A stretch of 64,000 nucleotides of DNA from Haplodiscus bocki (lineage: Eukaryota): assembly GCA_965655095.1 (NCBI GenBank), contig OZ296648.1, positions 110,298,001-110,362,000 of the forward strand. Direction: 5' to 3'. Each line of letters starts with the position of its first letter. Within the stretch, counting starts at the first letter, position 1. The position numbers were made by a program, and so were the translations under genes. The notes beneath the pieces are model-generated. The model saw only the letters and a list, made by a program, of their open reading frames with translations. It made no database searches and was not told where the DNA came from. Shown in pieces: positions 51,260-63,420 of this stretch.

Positions 51260-54200
51260 ATCAGGGCACCGGTGGTGACCCTTTCAAATTCTTCTGAGGT
51301 CGTTCTTCACAGCCAGTTCCCTGCAGCGCGCCATTTTTCCTCAAGATATCAACCAGCGGAGCTACGAACAGGTCGACATCCCCGTCCCTTCGGACATCAA
51401 GACCATTGCTGTTTCAAGACCTCAGCTTCAACTGTTGTCAGCCAAACAAAGAAAAGCTAGTTCAACATTTTCTACGAGGAGAGTTCTAGACATGAGTGAA
51501 GTTGTATTTTGGCCGGATCTGATCAATAATTCACTATCGAGGCACCCAAAGAAAAATTAGTTCTTGCATTTTTGTGAAATGATTGATAAATTCAAGAAAT
51601 TCCGCCATAGAATCAAGACGATTGTCTAAACCGACTTTTAGGAAACCAATTTTCAAATGACTGAAGTCGCCAAGGATCTAGTTTCCAATAGGAAACCAAG
51701 CGATCCTGAGTACATCAACAATCTTCGCCAACTCCACTTTGAACGACAACTGGAACTAATAATTCTTCATATCATCACACGGAGCCAACACAGCCTGGAA
51801 GACGTCCCTAACAAGAAAAAGCGGCTGAATCCCAGAAGAAAGTGTGCACTCAGCGCCAAGCAGGAATCTTGATTCGGGTTGGTCAGTTTCCCTCTCAGTG
51901 ATTCCTTAAAGTAGTCAAAACTGCGAAAGTTAAGTGTCCTCTGATAGCTTTCAGTAGGAATCACATAAAATCTTCCTGGGACGGCTACCTACGAGTAGCA
52001 ACAGCAGCCTAGTCCCGTGACACCCTTTAGTAGCAATAGCGGACCGTTCCCGAAACTGTGATACTTTGAATAGAAATCACCGTACAATCCTGTGATACCT
52101 TTCAGTAAGAATCACAGATATCTCCGAGACAAACGTCTGAACGACAACGACTCTCATCTGCAACTGACTACTACCCGACAATCAAAAAACATCTCGCGGC
52201 AGAGAATGATGAAATCAAAGCCTTTCTTGGGAGAACAGAAGAAGACATCGCTCGAATGTCTCCTAAGGGAAACTGTCCCAACTACGAGCAGCACTCAGTG
52301 AGGAGGTTACACGCAGAGCTCAGTTAGACTTGCGCAACTGTTGCAAAACGAAAACAATTGAATCACGCAACGAGGTCAAATCAGAACTGATGAATCCCAG
52401 AAACACCGACCTGCTATTTCTAATTACCGTTAACGTTCATCTAGAGCAAACCATTAAAAACAACAGCGAAGAATGACAAAATTAGATAGAAGAGTTAGAC
52501 AGATCGAAACATCACGTGAAGATGTATCCTCTTCCCGAAAGAGCAAGGAGACCAATCGAAGAGATGACCATTCACCCCAGGCTAAACTTACTCAGTACCA
52601 GTTGAAAACGCACGGAAAACCCGAAGCAGACAAAGATGGAAAGGTCAGCCTTATTGTTAAACAAGAATCAGATAATCTCGAAACTGTTCTTAGGTTCCTG
52701 CTGGAAAAACCCGCCGTTGACATCTGCAGACTCAAACAGTACAGAAGCACCCAAAAACGTCTCGGAGGATTATTGGTCACTGTTAGAAGCATCTGGGACG
52801 AGAGAAAGATCTTGTCGAAGTGAAGTACCCTGAAAAATTAACCAATTGGAAAATCTTTCTTCCAACAAGTCCGAATGCAAAAGATCAGGCACTTGAACGC
52901 ACAAAAAAACGGAGAGAACTACTGAATGACGAAGAATTCAAGGACAACCCGCAGAGATAAAGTCTCCAACTTGAAACTTTTCATTGAGGTAGTTGAGGTC
53001 AAGGATTTGCGTTGTAAGGATGAGACCGCGCCTTCCAATGAATGACTATTTTGCAAAAGTTGTCGGACTGTGTCAAACATCGTACGCAGCTCAATTATTC
53101 AGGCCCGAAAACAGCTCTGAGCGATTTTCATTTCTGCGAAAAGTTACGACATTCTGTGTGTCTGAAAACTGGCTTGGCGAAAATTTCAGCGATGGAGAAC
53201 TCTTCTTGCCCGAGTACAATCTGATACGCTGCGAACGAGAACTTGGCCAACACGAAGGAGTACTAGTGGGCATCCATTTCAACTGACAGATTGAACATGT
53301 TATTCTTCCCAAACACATGGGTGCTGCTTTGTCGCTATCCATTTTCTAACTGAAAAGCCATTGGTCCTTCTAAGCATGTGAATTCCACGAAGTAACTCCA
53401 ACTATCCTGGCCTTCAAGCCCCCTGGGGTCCCTGCTAGTGACTTTGCAAACTTCCTTCCCAGAGACGATTCCACTGGTTTAGGCAGACATCAACCTTCTA
53501 TCGGCCAGTTGGGAACTGACGTCCAGCACTTTCGCTAAAAAACAACAATGGACAGAGATCTTCCTCAACTATAACTTTACGCAGCTGAACAGAAGGAAAA
53601 GAGGCGTTTAATGGACGTTTGCCCAACGAACACCCCTTGGCAAGTAAATTCCGTAAGTTGCTAGCTTGTCCCTCATCGACAAGGCACCGATGTTGGATGA
53701 TGAACCTCTAGTCGTTGAAAATCACCCAACTTCCGACGTACCACCCAAACGGACCTCACACCACCTCTTCAACTTCAGAACGATGGACCAGGCAAGACTA
53801 GTTCAAGAAATGCAAAAAGATAAATTTGTGCAACTCTGATGAATTAATCCATCACTCATGGCTGAGCACAGGCACGAATCGCTGCAACCGACTGTAGCGC
53901 TTTATACCCCCGTAAAACAGTGCATTGTGCAATGCTTCCCCTGGATCTCTCCTGCAACTTCGAAAGTGTTAAAACAGTTGCAGACTCTGGAAAATTCAAA
54001 GCCGTCTCGAACAAATTCTTTAGGCTGAAAAAGAAAGTTGAACATCACTCATCGGCAGAGCCTGCGATGTATCAAGACAATCCAATTGCCAGTCGGGCCA
54101 CTGACAATAATTTTAGGCAACTCAACTGTGAAGGCTGGCTCAAGATTATCACCCAAAATCACCCATCTGAATGACAAAGCAGTCACACCTATTGATAAAG

Positions 54201-55880
54201 CCAACCTTTCTCATGACTACTTGGCGTCTGTATATAATCCATATCAACCTAACGGTAACTTTACTGACAGAAGAAGTGCTGAAGAGTGCGACTTCGACAG
54301 CAGCAGAGAAAAAGTGTAGCCGGTTCTAATCAATCTTGACGTCGCGAAGGCAACCGGTTCTCACATTTCCCTCCATGCCTTATACGAATTTTCGCGGAAG
54401 GGATATCGAAGTGCTTCTACAATTTCCTCAAAGCAAAGCAGACGTGAAATTTCCATTGGCAGTAGAAGCTAGCATGTATGAAACCCCTGAACAAGGACTG
54501 TTATGAAAAACTCATTGCCAATTATCGTTCGGTTGCACAGTGTACAGCAAGGTGAATGAAAAATGCATATTGACAAATAACTGAAGATATGGCAAAAGAG
54601 ATTATCAGACTGCCAGTTCGGATTTTGTCGCAGATCTTCAATACTCCAACAGATCGTCTCGATGTAAACGTTAGTGGAAAGGAAAGACAGTAGAAGAGAA
54701 ACGCTTGATTTACTCGACTTGAAAAAACATTCGACAAGGTGGATCAAGCGGTTCTAGTTGAAAAATTGAGATCGCAAAGGGTCAGCGGGAGAATGTTCAC
54801 CCTTTTAGTAGATTACCTGAAAGGTCGGAAACAGTATGTCCTGATTGACGGCTCGGAATCATTTAGAAGTGATGTAACCAGCGGTGTCACTCAGCATTCG
54901 AGACTAGGGTCACTCTTCTTCCTTGTCTACATCAGTGACCTTCAGGACGTCATTCCCAGTGTCATCGTCAACACTTTTCTCATGGTAGATTTGTGGAATC
55001 CATTGTCTTTCTCTGCCCAACGTCAGTGAATTTCGAAAGATGGGCGAGTGCCAACCGAATGAAGTTTCACCCGAAAAAGAGCAAAATAATTATTTTCTAT
55101 GGAGATCCCCCGCAATATCAGTTTCACGGAGAAAGCATCGATGAAGTGGATAATCACAGAGACTAGGGCGTAATTGTGTCCAATCTGAACTGGTCAGATC
55201 ACATCTCGAAAAGACTTGAGAAAGCCTATGGATTCTTGGATTCTTCCATCAATTAAAAAGGAGTGTCTCTCAGAGCCTTAAAGCCCGCTTGAAGTTAGAG
55301 CTCAACAAACGAACCTTCTTGTCAGTGCTCCGCTGTGCATCTCCGTGGTGGTTCACTACTTGAGGAGACATGAAAAAGCTGGAGCTCCTTCAACGCCGAC
55401 TGACTAAATGGATCTTGACCTCTGTACCCGAATATAAGGATCGTTTGATCACGTTGTAAATTCTGACAATTCCACTCTAATTGCAAATTTTGGACATTCT
55501 ATAGCTAGAAAAAATCTGCAAAGACAATTATGACTCAGCCCAAAATAACTTATTCACTCTAAAGGGTGGCCCAAAACGTCAAAACAGAAAAATAGCTGTC
55601 ACTAGAACCCCTAAAATTTATTCTTCCCATAATGAATTCTACAGCACGACTTGTCTTCTCTCATTACTACCAGCGATTGACATTACGAAACCAAAAGGGC
55701 TGATGGCCAAGGTTGTCCGATCCCTGTGGCAGCATTTCACCCGAAACTACGACGAAGGCAATCTGTGCTTCTGGAGACTGGGCTGCATATGTCAAACGTG
55801 CACTGGTTAACACTATCAATGTTTTGTTAGATGTATGTCCTCTTCACCCTGGTTTGTTAATCCTTATTATTAATATTATT
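51260..55880 (+). mobile_element. Decayed non-LTR retrotransposon (CR1/L2/Jockey-type LINE) in TMEM222 intron 1, antisense to the gene; 5' boundary approximate
   Basis: ORF1-like fragments at 52.1-52.9 kb; AP endonuclease (CVSENWLGENFSDGELFLPEYNLIRCER; ADINL ~53485); RT (QFGF ~54615, LDLK..FDKVD ~54715-54745, SGVTQHSRLGSLFFLVYISDL); Cys-containing C-terminus (~55765-55805); short TAT-rich tail at ~55864-55880. Confidence 0.85.
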
Positions 55881-56916
55881 CATAGAGCCCTAGATGAAAG
55901 AAACATATTGAGCATTTCGTGAGGAAACTCATTTCGAAAATCAACGAAAGATGCCATCATACTTTGGTAGCAATTTTCAAATATTATTTGCCAGAATTGA
56001 AACTAACCTTCGAAAATCGACTCCAATAATTTTCCTTACGTTAAATATCCCTTTTATTAGGCCTGGTACTAAATTGCTAGCAATTATTCGCACTTCGCCG
56101 CCTCCGGTTTCCTCCTCGACGTAAAGGTAATGAAACCTTCTGAAAAATTTCCTTAAAATCAAAGAACCTGGTCAAATGCTTTAGCGAATTTCGTAAGAGT
56201 TCAACAATTTCCGGAATTATATTGAATGAGATTTCTAGAGAGCGAAGGCTCGAAAAAATCAAATGTGGGGCTACAAATATCTCAAGTTAGGGCTGCTGAA
56301 ACCATACAACAAACCCAAATGTACTGATAACGCGGAAAAAATGCCTCAATCGCGGAACGTCAAACATTGCAACTGACATTTAAAATGTAGAGATGAATTA
56401 AAAAACCTTTATGTCCAACAACATTCATAATGCATTAGTTAACTCGTCTAGGCGCAGATTTTAACAGTTTTTCCAGCAACCGCCAAAGTAAGCTCAATCA
56501 CCCAAAATTAACTGCGGAAATGACATTAAAATTTGATTTTTCTCAAAGTTTTTTGAGGTAGTAAAGCAAGCCTTATACGGACTTGATTCGGTAGTTCTTC
56601 TAAATTCGGGTGGACAATTGTTGATTTATTGCGATAAAAAGTTATCATTCGCTTTCTTGAAGCTGGACTGTGGGAGAAGCCAATCGCTTATTTGTCTCAG
56701 GAAACATTCCATTACAGAAAGAAATTTCAACTTAATGAAAAAATGTTCGCATTTCCCGTTTCATGTAAACATTTTAAGTGCAGAGCCAATCTTTTTCTGA
56801 TTGTGAAAATTTGTGGATTTTCGGTAGCGTTATTTTCCTCGCTATTGTACCGCGACCTTTATTTACAAGCCACCAAAAAAGTGGTATAACATTATCAATT
56901 GAAGATGAAAAATTAC

Positions 56917-57177
56917 CTGGAAATCTCGAATGATTCCATTTTCTTGACATACGCCTGTATGTCCAATGAACGGAAATATCCACGTTATTATCGGCAGCGG
57001 CGTCCACACAATTGAATGAGGATATCTGTGTTTTGATGAAAGCGAATTGTTATTGCTAACCGAGATGTAAGAATGATCATTACTTCCCATGTCAGTGCAG
57101 TTTTGAGAGTTTCCAGTTTTCACTTCAGCTGAAACAATAATCTGCGATTCACATTGGACAAAGCTTTTGGACTGCAT
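56917..57177 (-). CDS. TMEM222: Transmembrane protein 222 (RTE1-like, DUF778), coding exon 1; alternative ATG at 57090
   Basis: [37 protein letters not shown], followed by a phase-0 donor CAG|GTAATT. Confidence 0.92.
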
Positions 57178-57435
57178 CAAACTTGCTACATTACTTGTTC
57201 TGAAAATTGGAACACGTAAACTTGAGGCTATAGTAACCGTGTAAGTTTTTATCAGTATAAAATAAACGTTTTTCACGGATCAAATATATTGTATTGATCT
57301 CTATCTCTCAGTGGGCTTCAGTCTTAGAATTAAGAGTTGCACTAACTATTTTCCGCCGAAATATATTATAGAAGCACAGTCTTCAATTCAGTATATAGAT
57401 TTTTCAACGCTCTTTTGCCAGTTTTGGCTCCGTAC

Positions 57436-57451
57436 TGCGTCAACTGACGCA
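57436..57451. promoter_or_regulatory. Inverted pair of CRE-like half-sites (TGCGTCA-AC-TGACGCA) upstream of TMEM222
   Basis: Perfect 7-bp inverted repeat containing TGACG, ~260 bp upstream of the ATG. Confidence 0.2.
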
Positions 57452-58539
57452 CTAACTGATTTTAGAGTAGAAGTTAAACGCGATTGAGGGGCATCAGACT
57501 AGGACGGTCCGGGTTCGATATCCGCTAGGGCGAGATTTCATATACGTATTTAGCGTTTTCATCAGCTTCCACCAATTTGGAGATATCAAAAGTTCCATTG
57601 TATTCGATTTTTTGTTTTCTTGTGCAAAACCCTTCAAATTTAAGCTTTTGATGAATATCGAATAGACTAGCTCGAATTTCACAAAAAAAAATCAAAACAT
57701 TCCGAAAACGTTTTGAGTTAGTTTTCTAAGAAACTAACAAACATTTCGAGTTAGTTTATAATTGCAGTATCAGTCATGTCTAAAAGAAACAATAAATTAT
57801 TACTGTAACTTTCAGACACTCCAAAGATAACGGTTGCTCACGGAGGCTAGATTGCGTGCACAGCACCCATTGTTTCCAATGGAAGAAGAATGCGGTAATC
57901 CACTCGAGGGTTTTAACATCGTCCCTCATAACATTTTTTGTGCCAGGCAGTTATGTGGGACTCTGTGCTGAATTGAATTTATCAAGGTTATTATCTTTAA
58001 CTTCAATGCCTCTATCTACTTCCGAGTTCCAGTAAACCATCTTTCTCGGAAGATGTAGCCAGTGAGAACAGCCGAACCAATCCTTAATGTTGGTTTGATA
58101 ATATTTTGTTTTGATAAAGAGCTCCAATTCATTTCATTCAATAGTGTACACCAAATTTATTTCAAAGTCACAGAATGGAATGATGTCTGGCTCACTTTTT
58201 TTAAAAAAAATTCAAAATTCTCTACCGGAGCTAAAAAAAAACACTTTTAAGAGTCTGTAAATTCGTTGTTTTTCAAACACTGATCAAATCGTGGCAAAAT
58301 CGTTGAACAATTTTTTCAAAAAAAAATTGGTGTGAAACAAAAAAAAACAAAAGTACCACCTGAAGCTAAAAGCGTCAAACGAACCTAGTGGTTTCAGAAA
58401 CTAAACAAAAAACGCCACTGACGCAAAGTAATATGAAAGTGAAGAACAAAATTTATGCAAAACGTCAAAGTTGAGACAAAATGTCAAAAAAATCCACCAG
58501 TCTAGGGAAAGCACGTGATGCTAAACAAAATACTTAACC

Positions 58540-59470
58540 ACAGCTTAGACTACTTCTGACAACAATGAAAACCACTGGAGATGCAGACGACGAGATGGAA
58601 ATTTACGCAAAACTAAACTGAAAATTGCCAAAGATTAAAAATTCAACTCAAAAATATTGCAAATAGCTATGCGAAAAGTGTTGCTTTAGATTACAAGAAA
58701 TTTCGCCACATAGATTGGATTGGATAAAGCAATTAAGTACCAGGACCAGAACAGTGAGGAACAGTAGATTCCTGAGGCACTTATGCCTGCTACAAAGGCC
58801 AACACATCGATCAGCTGACCAGAGGTGCAAAAACTTGTGTCAGATCAGTTTTTGACCTTACTGAAAACTATTTGGAGCCTTCATATTTCCTGTCGGTTTC
58901 CCTCTTGATATCACGCTTTTTTACAGGTTCCATCCAACATATCGAATTGACGCGAACGAAAATTCGATTGAACTACTGCTCAGAAAACTACTTAGCTTCG
59001 CGCTGAAATAAAAACGAACAATATTTTCAACCGAACCATGACATTACACGCAAACTAGGACAATATCAGAACGAGATTCTTAATTGTGCTGATGAGTTTG
59101 TCCCAAAAAACATAATTTTGCTGCCAAAACCAAAAAAAACCATTGAGCAGGTAAAACTCTTCCGAAATCAAACTCTTGTGACAAAAGAAAAGCTGGAAAT
59201 TCATCAGCAAAAACCATGTTGCTATATGACTAACACAATTCTTCTTGGGCTCAAATGAAAACGCAGACAATAACGTGAGAACGCACCCTGAGGCACAACA
59301 AAGGAATATTGAGTTACTTTAAGTGTGAATCAAACAAGTCCCGAAACCTCAAAAAAATGGATGGAGGCAATACTTCCAATGACTCAGAGCAACGGCAAAT
59401 GCGCAACAACTGATAACGAAAAAGCGGAAGCTTCAGCAATTTTTTCCACCTAATTTTACAAAGGAGTCCA
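58540..59470 (+). mobile_element. Highly decayed LINE ORF2 fragment (endonuclease-to-RT linker region)
   Basis: NGKCATTDNEKAEA...FF at ~59390-59450 resembles the CR1-type DxEKAxxxxxFF linker motif; the rest is too degraded to align by eye. Confidence 0.4.
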
Positions 59471-59737
59471 CCGGCTCATGGTACGTCAATAGAAACTTAG
59501 AACACAAGTCGAAGATGATTAAAGATTATAGAAGAGTGAGCAGACCAGGTGGGCGGTGGAGGTTCCTATGTACTAAGATAGGCTATAGCGAACCGACTTG
59601 AGCCGAGAAGGTACCTCTTTCCCAACCGAGAGCTCTCGGGTGACGTATTGGTAAATTCTGATTGGCCGCCGAGTCGATTGTATTTCGTGCTCGAATTTGG
59701 TTGGGTGCCCAGACGACTGCAATGATTTAAGTTACAG

Positions 59738-59938
59738 TATAGTTCGGCTCAATGTATTAAGATAGATTAAAGTTAGGCACAATTGTAACAAGATAGGGTG
59801 TAGTTCGACTCAATGTATTAAGATAGGGTACAGTTCGGCTCAATGTATTAGGAGAGGGTATAGTTCGGCACAATGTATTTAGATGGGGAATAGTTCGGTG
59901 AGGTATTAAGAAAGAGTATAGTCCAGTAATGTTTTAAG
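59738..59938. repeat. 30-bp minisatellite, about 6.5 degenerate copies (consensus TATAGTTCGGCTCAATGTATTAAGATAGGG)
   Basis: Copies start at about 59738, 59768, 59799, 59829, 59859, 59889 and 59917. Confidence 0.9.
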
Positions 59939-60445
59939 CTCAGTATTATAGGGATTTGTATGGTTTGCGACGGGTCCCAGTATTCATGCAATTCTTCGAC
60001 CGGTGAATTCCGGATTCAACACATGGTTCCTCGCAGGGTAATCCCCGAACTTTGCAATTAACATGTATCAATGAAAACTCCATCCAGGCGAGAATTTAAG
60101 TTGAGCGGAAGGGAGACATTCCTTGGAACCAGGAGTAAAAGTCAACAGAAAAATCTCAAATGAACGTGAAGATTGTAGCCGCTTGACTCTGGCAATCCAA
60201 GAGAAAAAATGGCGAAAAAGATGTAGCAAGTCTTACCCAATTCGGTATACCGTTTTTTTGAAAGACCATAAAAGGAAACCGCTGCCAATGAAAAGCCACA
60301 CGAGCTGTCAAGCACTTTTTCTTACACCTGCAGATAGTGTTTCGACCTATTACTTTCGAAAAAAACAAATGATTGATTTAAAAAAATTTAGAATGTATGT
60401 TTGATAAATACACGACATTAAAAAACTGAAGATTGAATGAACATC

Positions 60446-60805
60446 CTACAAATTAGGCGGTTGAGTGGGAAATCGATCACTCTCGACTAATCGCTGCAGT
60501 TAAAAGTAGGGTAGACCTTTCTCAACATGTTCATACGTAGAAACAGATTGAATTTCTGTTCGGAATGCTCTGTTTTTCGAAGTGAAGGTTACTTTTTACT
60601 GTATTACTCTACGATACTTTTCCACTGGTCCGTCGCCATTCTTTTCCAGTACACATTTGTTGAGACGTTGACTACTGAAATTAAATTTACTGAGGTAACG
60701 TCGAAGCAAAAGTTTGACTCACTACACAGACATACCATCGCGGTACAATTGAACTCGTTTTTGAAGAGACTAGACTCTACTTTATCATGCTGTTTGTTTT
60801 TTTAC
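60446..60805 (-). pseudogene. Protein-primed DNA polymerase B, C-terminal ~115 codons only
   Basis: HDKVESSLFKNEFNCTAMVCLCSES...SSQRLNK.VLEKNGDGPVEKYRRV...NRAFRT...TYE.V.KGLPYF...RLVESD..PTQP.NL* resembles the GLFKxE / KxY / KG / KR C-terminal motifs of Maverick pPolB. Confidence 0.72.
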
Positions 60806-60811
60806 AGTTAT

Positions 60812-60932
60812 TTAAAACAGCAAAGGTCTCATTGGGAAGATTTAGAACTTTTTCAGAGGGAAATGCGCCAACGTACCAATGCTTGAGTAACGGGCTACGA
60901 TTGATTATTCGCTGGAGATTAATGATATCCAT
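60812..60932 (-). pseudogene. Adenain-like cysteine protease, N-terminal ~40 codons only
   Basis: MDIINLQRIINRSPLLKHWYVGAFPSEKVLNLPNETFAVLN; breaks off before the catalytic His. Confidence 0.65.
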
Positions 60933-61019
60933 CTTAGATAATTTTTGCAACAACAACAATTTTGTCAACTGCAAATGAACACATTCGTTTCCCCAATTCA
61001 ATGACTTCAGTAACGTCTT

Positions 61020-62241
61020 GTAGAGGAACAGTAAATTTAGATCCAGTCTCTGTGGTTCTCAATCCAGTTCTGAGTAATGACACTTTTCAGCAGCATCTTG
61101 CATTGAGGTCGAATAAACATTAATACTTTAAGGTCGTTGAAATTAACAATTGGAAATGACGGGATAACATTTTGAAAGTTCATTTGAAAAATATCAGCAT
61201 CATCAAAGTCTACAAATCGCTGACACTTTATGAGGTTTTTAATTTGTCTGAGATCAAAATATTGATAACAGAATGGACCTGCAGTGGGCGATCCAGTGAA
61301 TTCACAGACTGTACGAACTGGATCACTGTTAAATTTGTTTTTTTTTTTGGGTAAACTGGTTTTGTCTGACAGGAATGATGAAATTCTATGCAGCAGTTTC
61401 CAGACAGTTGAACTCCACAAGGGCATAGGCAAGCATGTCCATTCGTTTCCTGTGATAACCGTCCTTGAGAGCAATATGACGAACGTAGAGTGAGCAATCA
61501 ACAATTCCAAGACTAGCGTTGGAGTTTTCGCTAATCATGTAAAAATCAGGCCGGGCTCTGATTGGTCGTGACCTAATTCTTTTTTTTGGATATAGCAATT
61601 CGGAAGTGGAGAAAAAATTAACACCCAGTTCACAATTTAACATGAAGCCATCGGGTCTGCAAAGCATTTTCAATCTCCTTGAGAAAAAAGGTTCAGACAA
61701 AAGCACTTCCATACTTTCATCACGAAATTCTTCAAATGTCGTACCTTTCGCTTTGCAAATTTTCTTTGTAATCACAGATGGCTCGTTTGAAGGTGTTGGA
61801 AAAGTAGGACTTACGCGCATACAATCCATTAGAATTGTAAATTTGCTGGTTGTTGATGTACACTTCAACATTGGCAAAAAGTGAGTGCAAAATGATGTTT
61901 ACATGAATAACGAGAAGAACTGGAGCCTCTTGTTTTTCTCCCGCCGCCGTTCCTTCATCCGTTTTTGCCTCTTCTTTGTGCTCTTTTTTATTTTGTTTGG
62001 TGTTGTAGGTTTCGTAACGACAATCTTTGACAGTTCTCAGTTGCCAAGCCAAGTACGTCTATCTCGAATCAACGTAGTAGTTCTGATCCGTTTGAAATTC
62101 AAACTCTATGCAGTTTTTAGCGAGTGCTGTAGTAGGATAATTTTTTTGTTCGTGGGACAAGACATCGTGAACTACTGGGACTTTCCCTGCACGATTTCCA
62201 GAAACTGCCACAAAATGTTGGCACCGAAAATCACTCGACAT
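61020..62241 (-). pseudogene. Maverick major capsid (double jelly-roll, hexon-like) protein
   Basis: IEFEFQTDQNYYVD, LHSLFANVEVYINNQQIYNSNGLY, ELGVNFFSTSELLYP...RARPDFYMIS; multiple frameshifts. Confidence 0.8.
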
Positions 62242-62254
62242 GATTTATGAAAAA

Positions 62255-62610
62255 ACTTTGTAAAAATGTCTCCTCACGGCCGACTGAATTGTTTTGAAGA
62301 ATTGGCTGGAATGACTAAGCCTGCAATCATTTTTCTGCTACCACTACCCAACCGGTTTTCTCAGAATGTGTCTTCCGGCACTCTTTGCAGCTGTTTTGAA
62401 ATCTTTTCAACCACTAACAACCTCCGCAACGTCCGGCGCAGCGAATTCCAACAAGTCGGCACCTACGTGTTTTGCAGCTGGGAAGATGCATGTACGCAAC
62501 AATGGATGTGCAGTTCGCCCAATAACATGTGCAAGTCCAACGAATCCCCGTCCACGTTGTCGACCAGTACATCTATAGATTGGAATCTCTACTTGTCTTG
62601 AAGCAACCAC
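62255..62610 (-). pseudogene. Small basic Maverick protein with a QRGRGF motif (putative protease-processed core or cement protein)
   Basis: RQRGRGFVGLAHVIGRTAHPLLR...PAAKHVGADLLE; lies between the two capsid genes. Confidence 0.55.
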
Positions 62611-62649
62611 CTTGTAACGTCTCTCAGGTTAGAAATGAATGTTGGAGGC

Positions 62650-63420
62650 TTTTCTAAACATCAAAAAGGTACCAGTGATACCGACAGACACAAGGGGTAT
62701 TTTATCAACACTCGTGTCTCTCAAGTCAAGGTGAGTACCATCGAAAACTTTTTGAGCAGCGGTCTGAATTGTAGGATACTAAAGGTCTGCTAGTTAATGT
62801 ACTGTCCAATAGTTTCAATGTCTCTAGGCTTGAGCTTTGAAATAAAAACGAAAACAATGCAACAACGGGGCATTCGTGTCACCAACAAAATTCGATTCAA
62901 TCACGTTCTTGTATATCATGAGAGAGTGTATGCGGACAATGTCGTAAGCAATTTCAGGTTGGTGAGGTCCTCTTCAACTCAACCGCACTCCAAATTGATT
63001 GCCAACATTACTTCCGAAATATTGTTCCAGGTACATACAAAAGAATGCAAGACCAGATTTTTTATCTGCGAGGTGAAATCTCAATATTGCGTTCCGCGAG
63101 TCACTTTAACTGTGATACAACATCCGGAGTGATTGTGTCATTGTTGATTGAGAGTGTTATTAGCTTGAACAATCTCCGTAATAGGACGGTGAGAACCAGG
63201 TTTCAGACAGTAGAAGTTTAACGAGTTTGAATTTTTTCTGTCGATAAACATGCTTTTGTTCTCCGTAGCACTGTGGTACAAAGACGGGTAAGATTTTTTC
63301 GAGATTGCAATCGCCCAGATTCAGTTGCTCTAGTAAAAAGTTTGTAAAAGAGCTGAGTGAATTGTCTGGAAATAGTTGTACGGATGCAACAGAAACCAAC
63401 CCTGTTGTAAACCGTTTGTA
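62650..63420 (-). pseudogene. Maverick minor capsid (penton-like) protein
   Basis: N-terminal S..LFPDNSLSSFTNFL.EQLNL, internal IESNFVGDTNAPLL, C-terminal HLDLRDT. Confidence 0.7.

Noticed and set aside
56863-57276. 137-aa single-exon ORF as listed in the ORF track
   Set aside because: It starts at GTG and runs past the splice donor at 56916. The true coding part is TMEM222 exon 1.
57465-57535. tRNA gene near GGGTTCGATATCC
   Set aside because: Only a B-box-like motif; no convincing acceptor stem or D arm could be folded by eye.
59738-59938. CRISPR-like array
   Set aside because: The repeats are contiguous with no unique spacers, there are no cas genes, and the context is eukaryotic.
60060-60400. 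Maverick packaging ATPase downstream of pPolB
   Set aside because: No Walker A or B motif recognisable in any frame; left unassigned.
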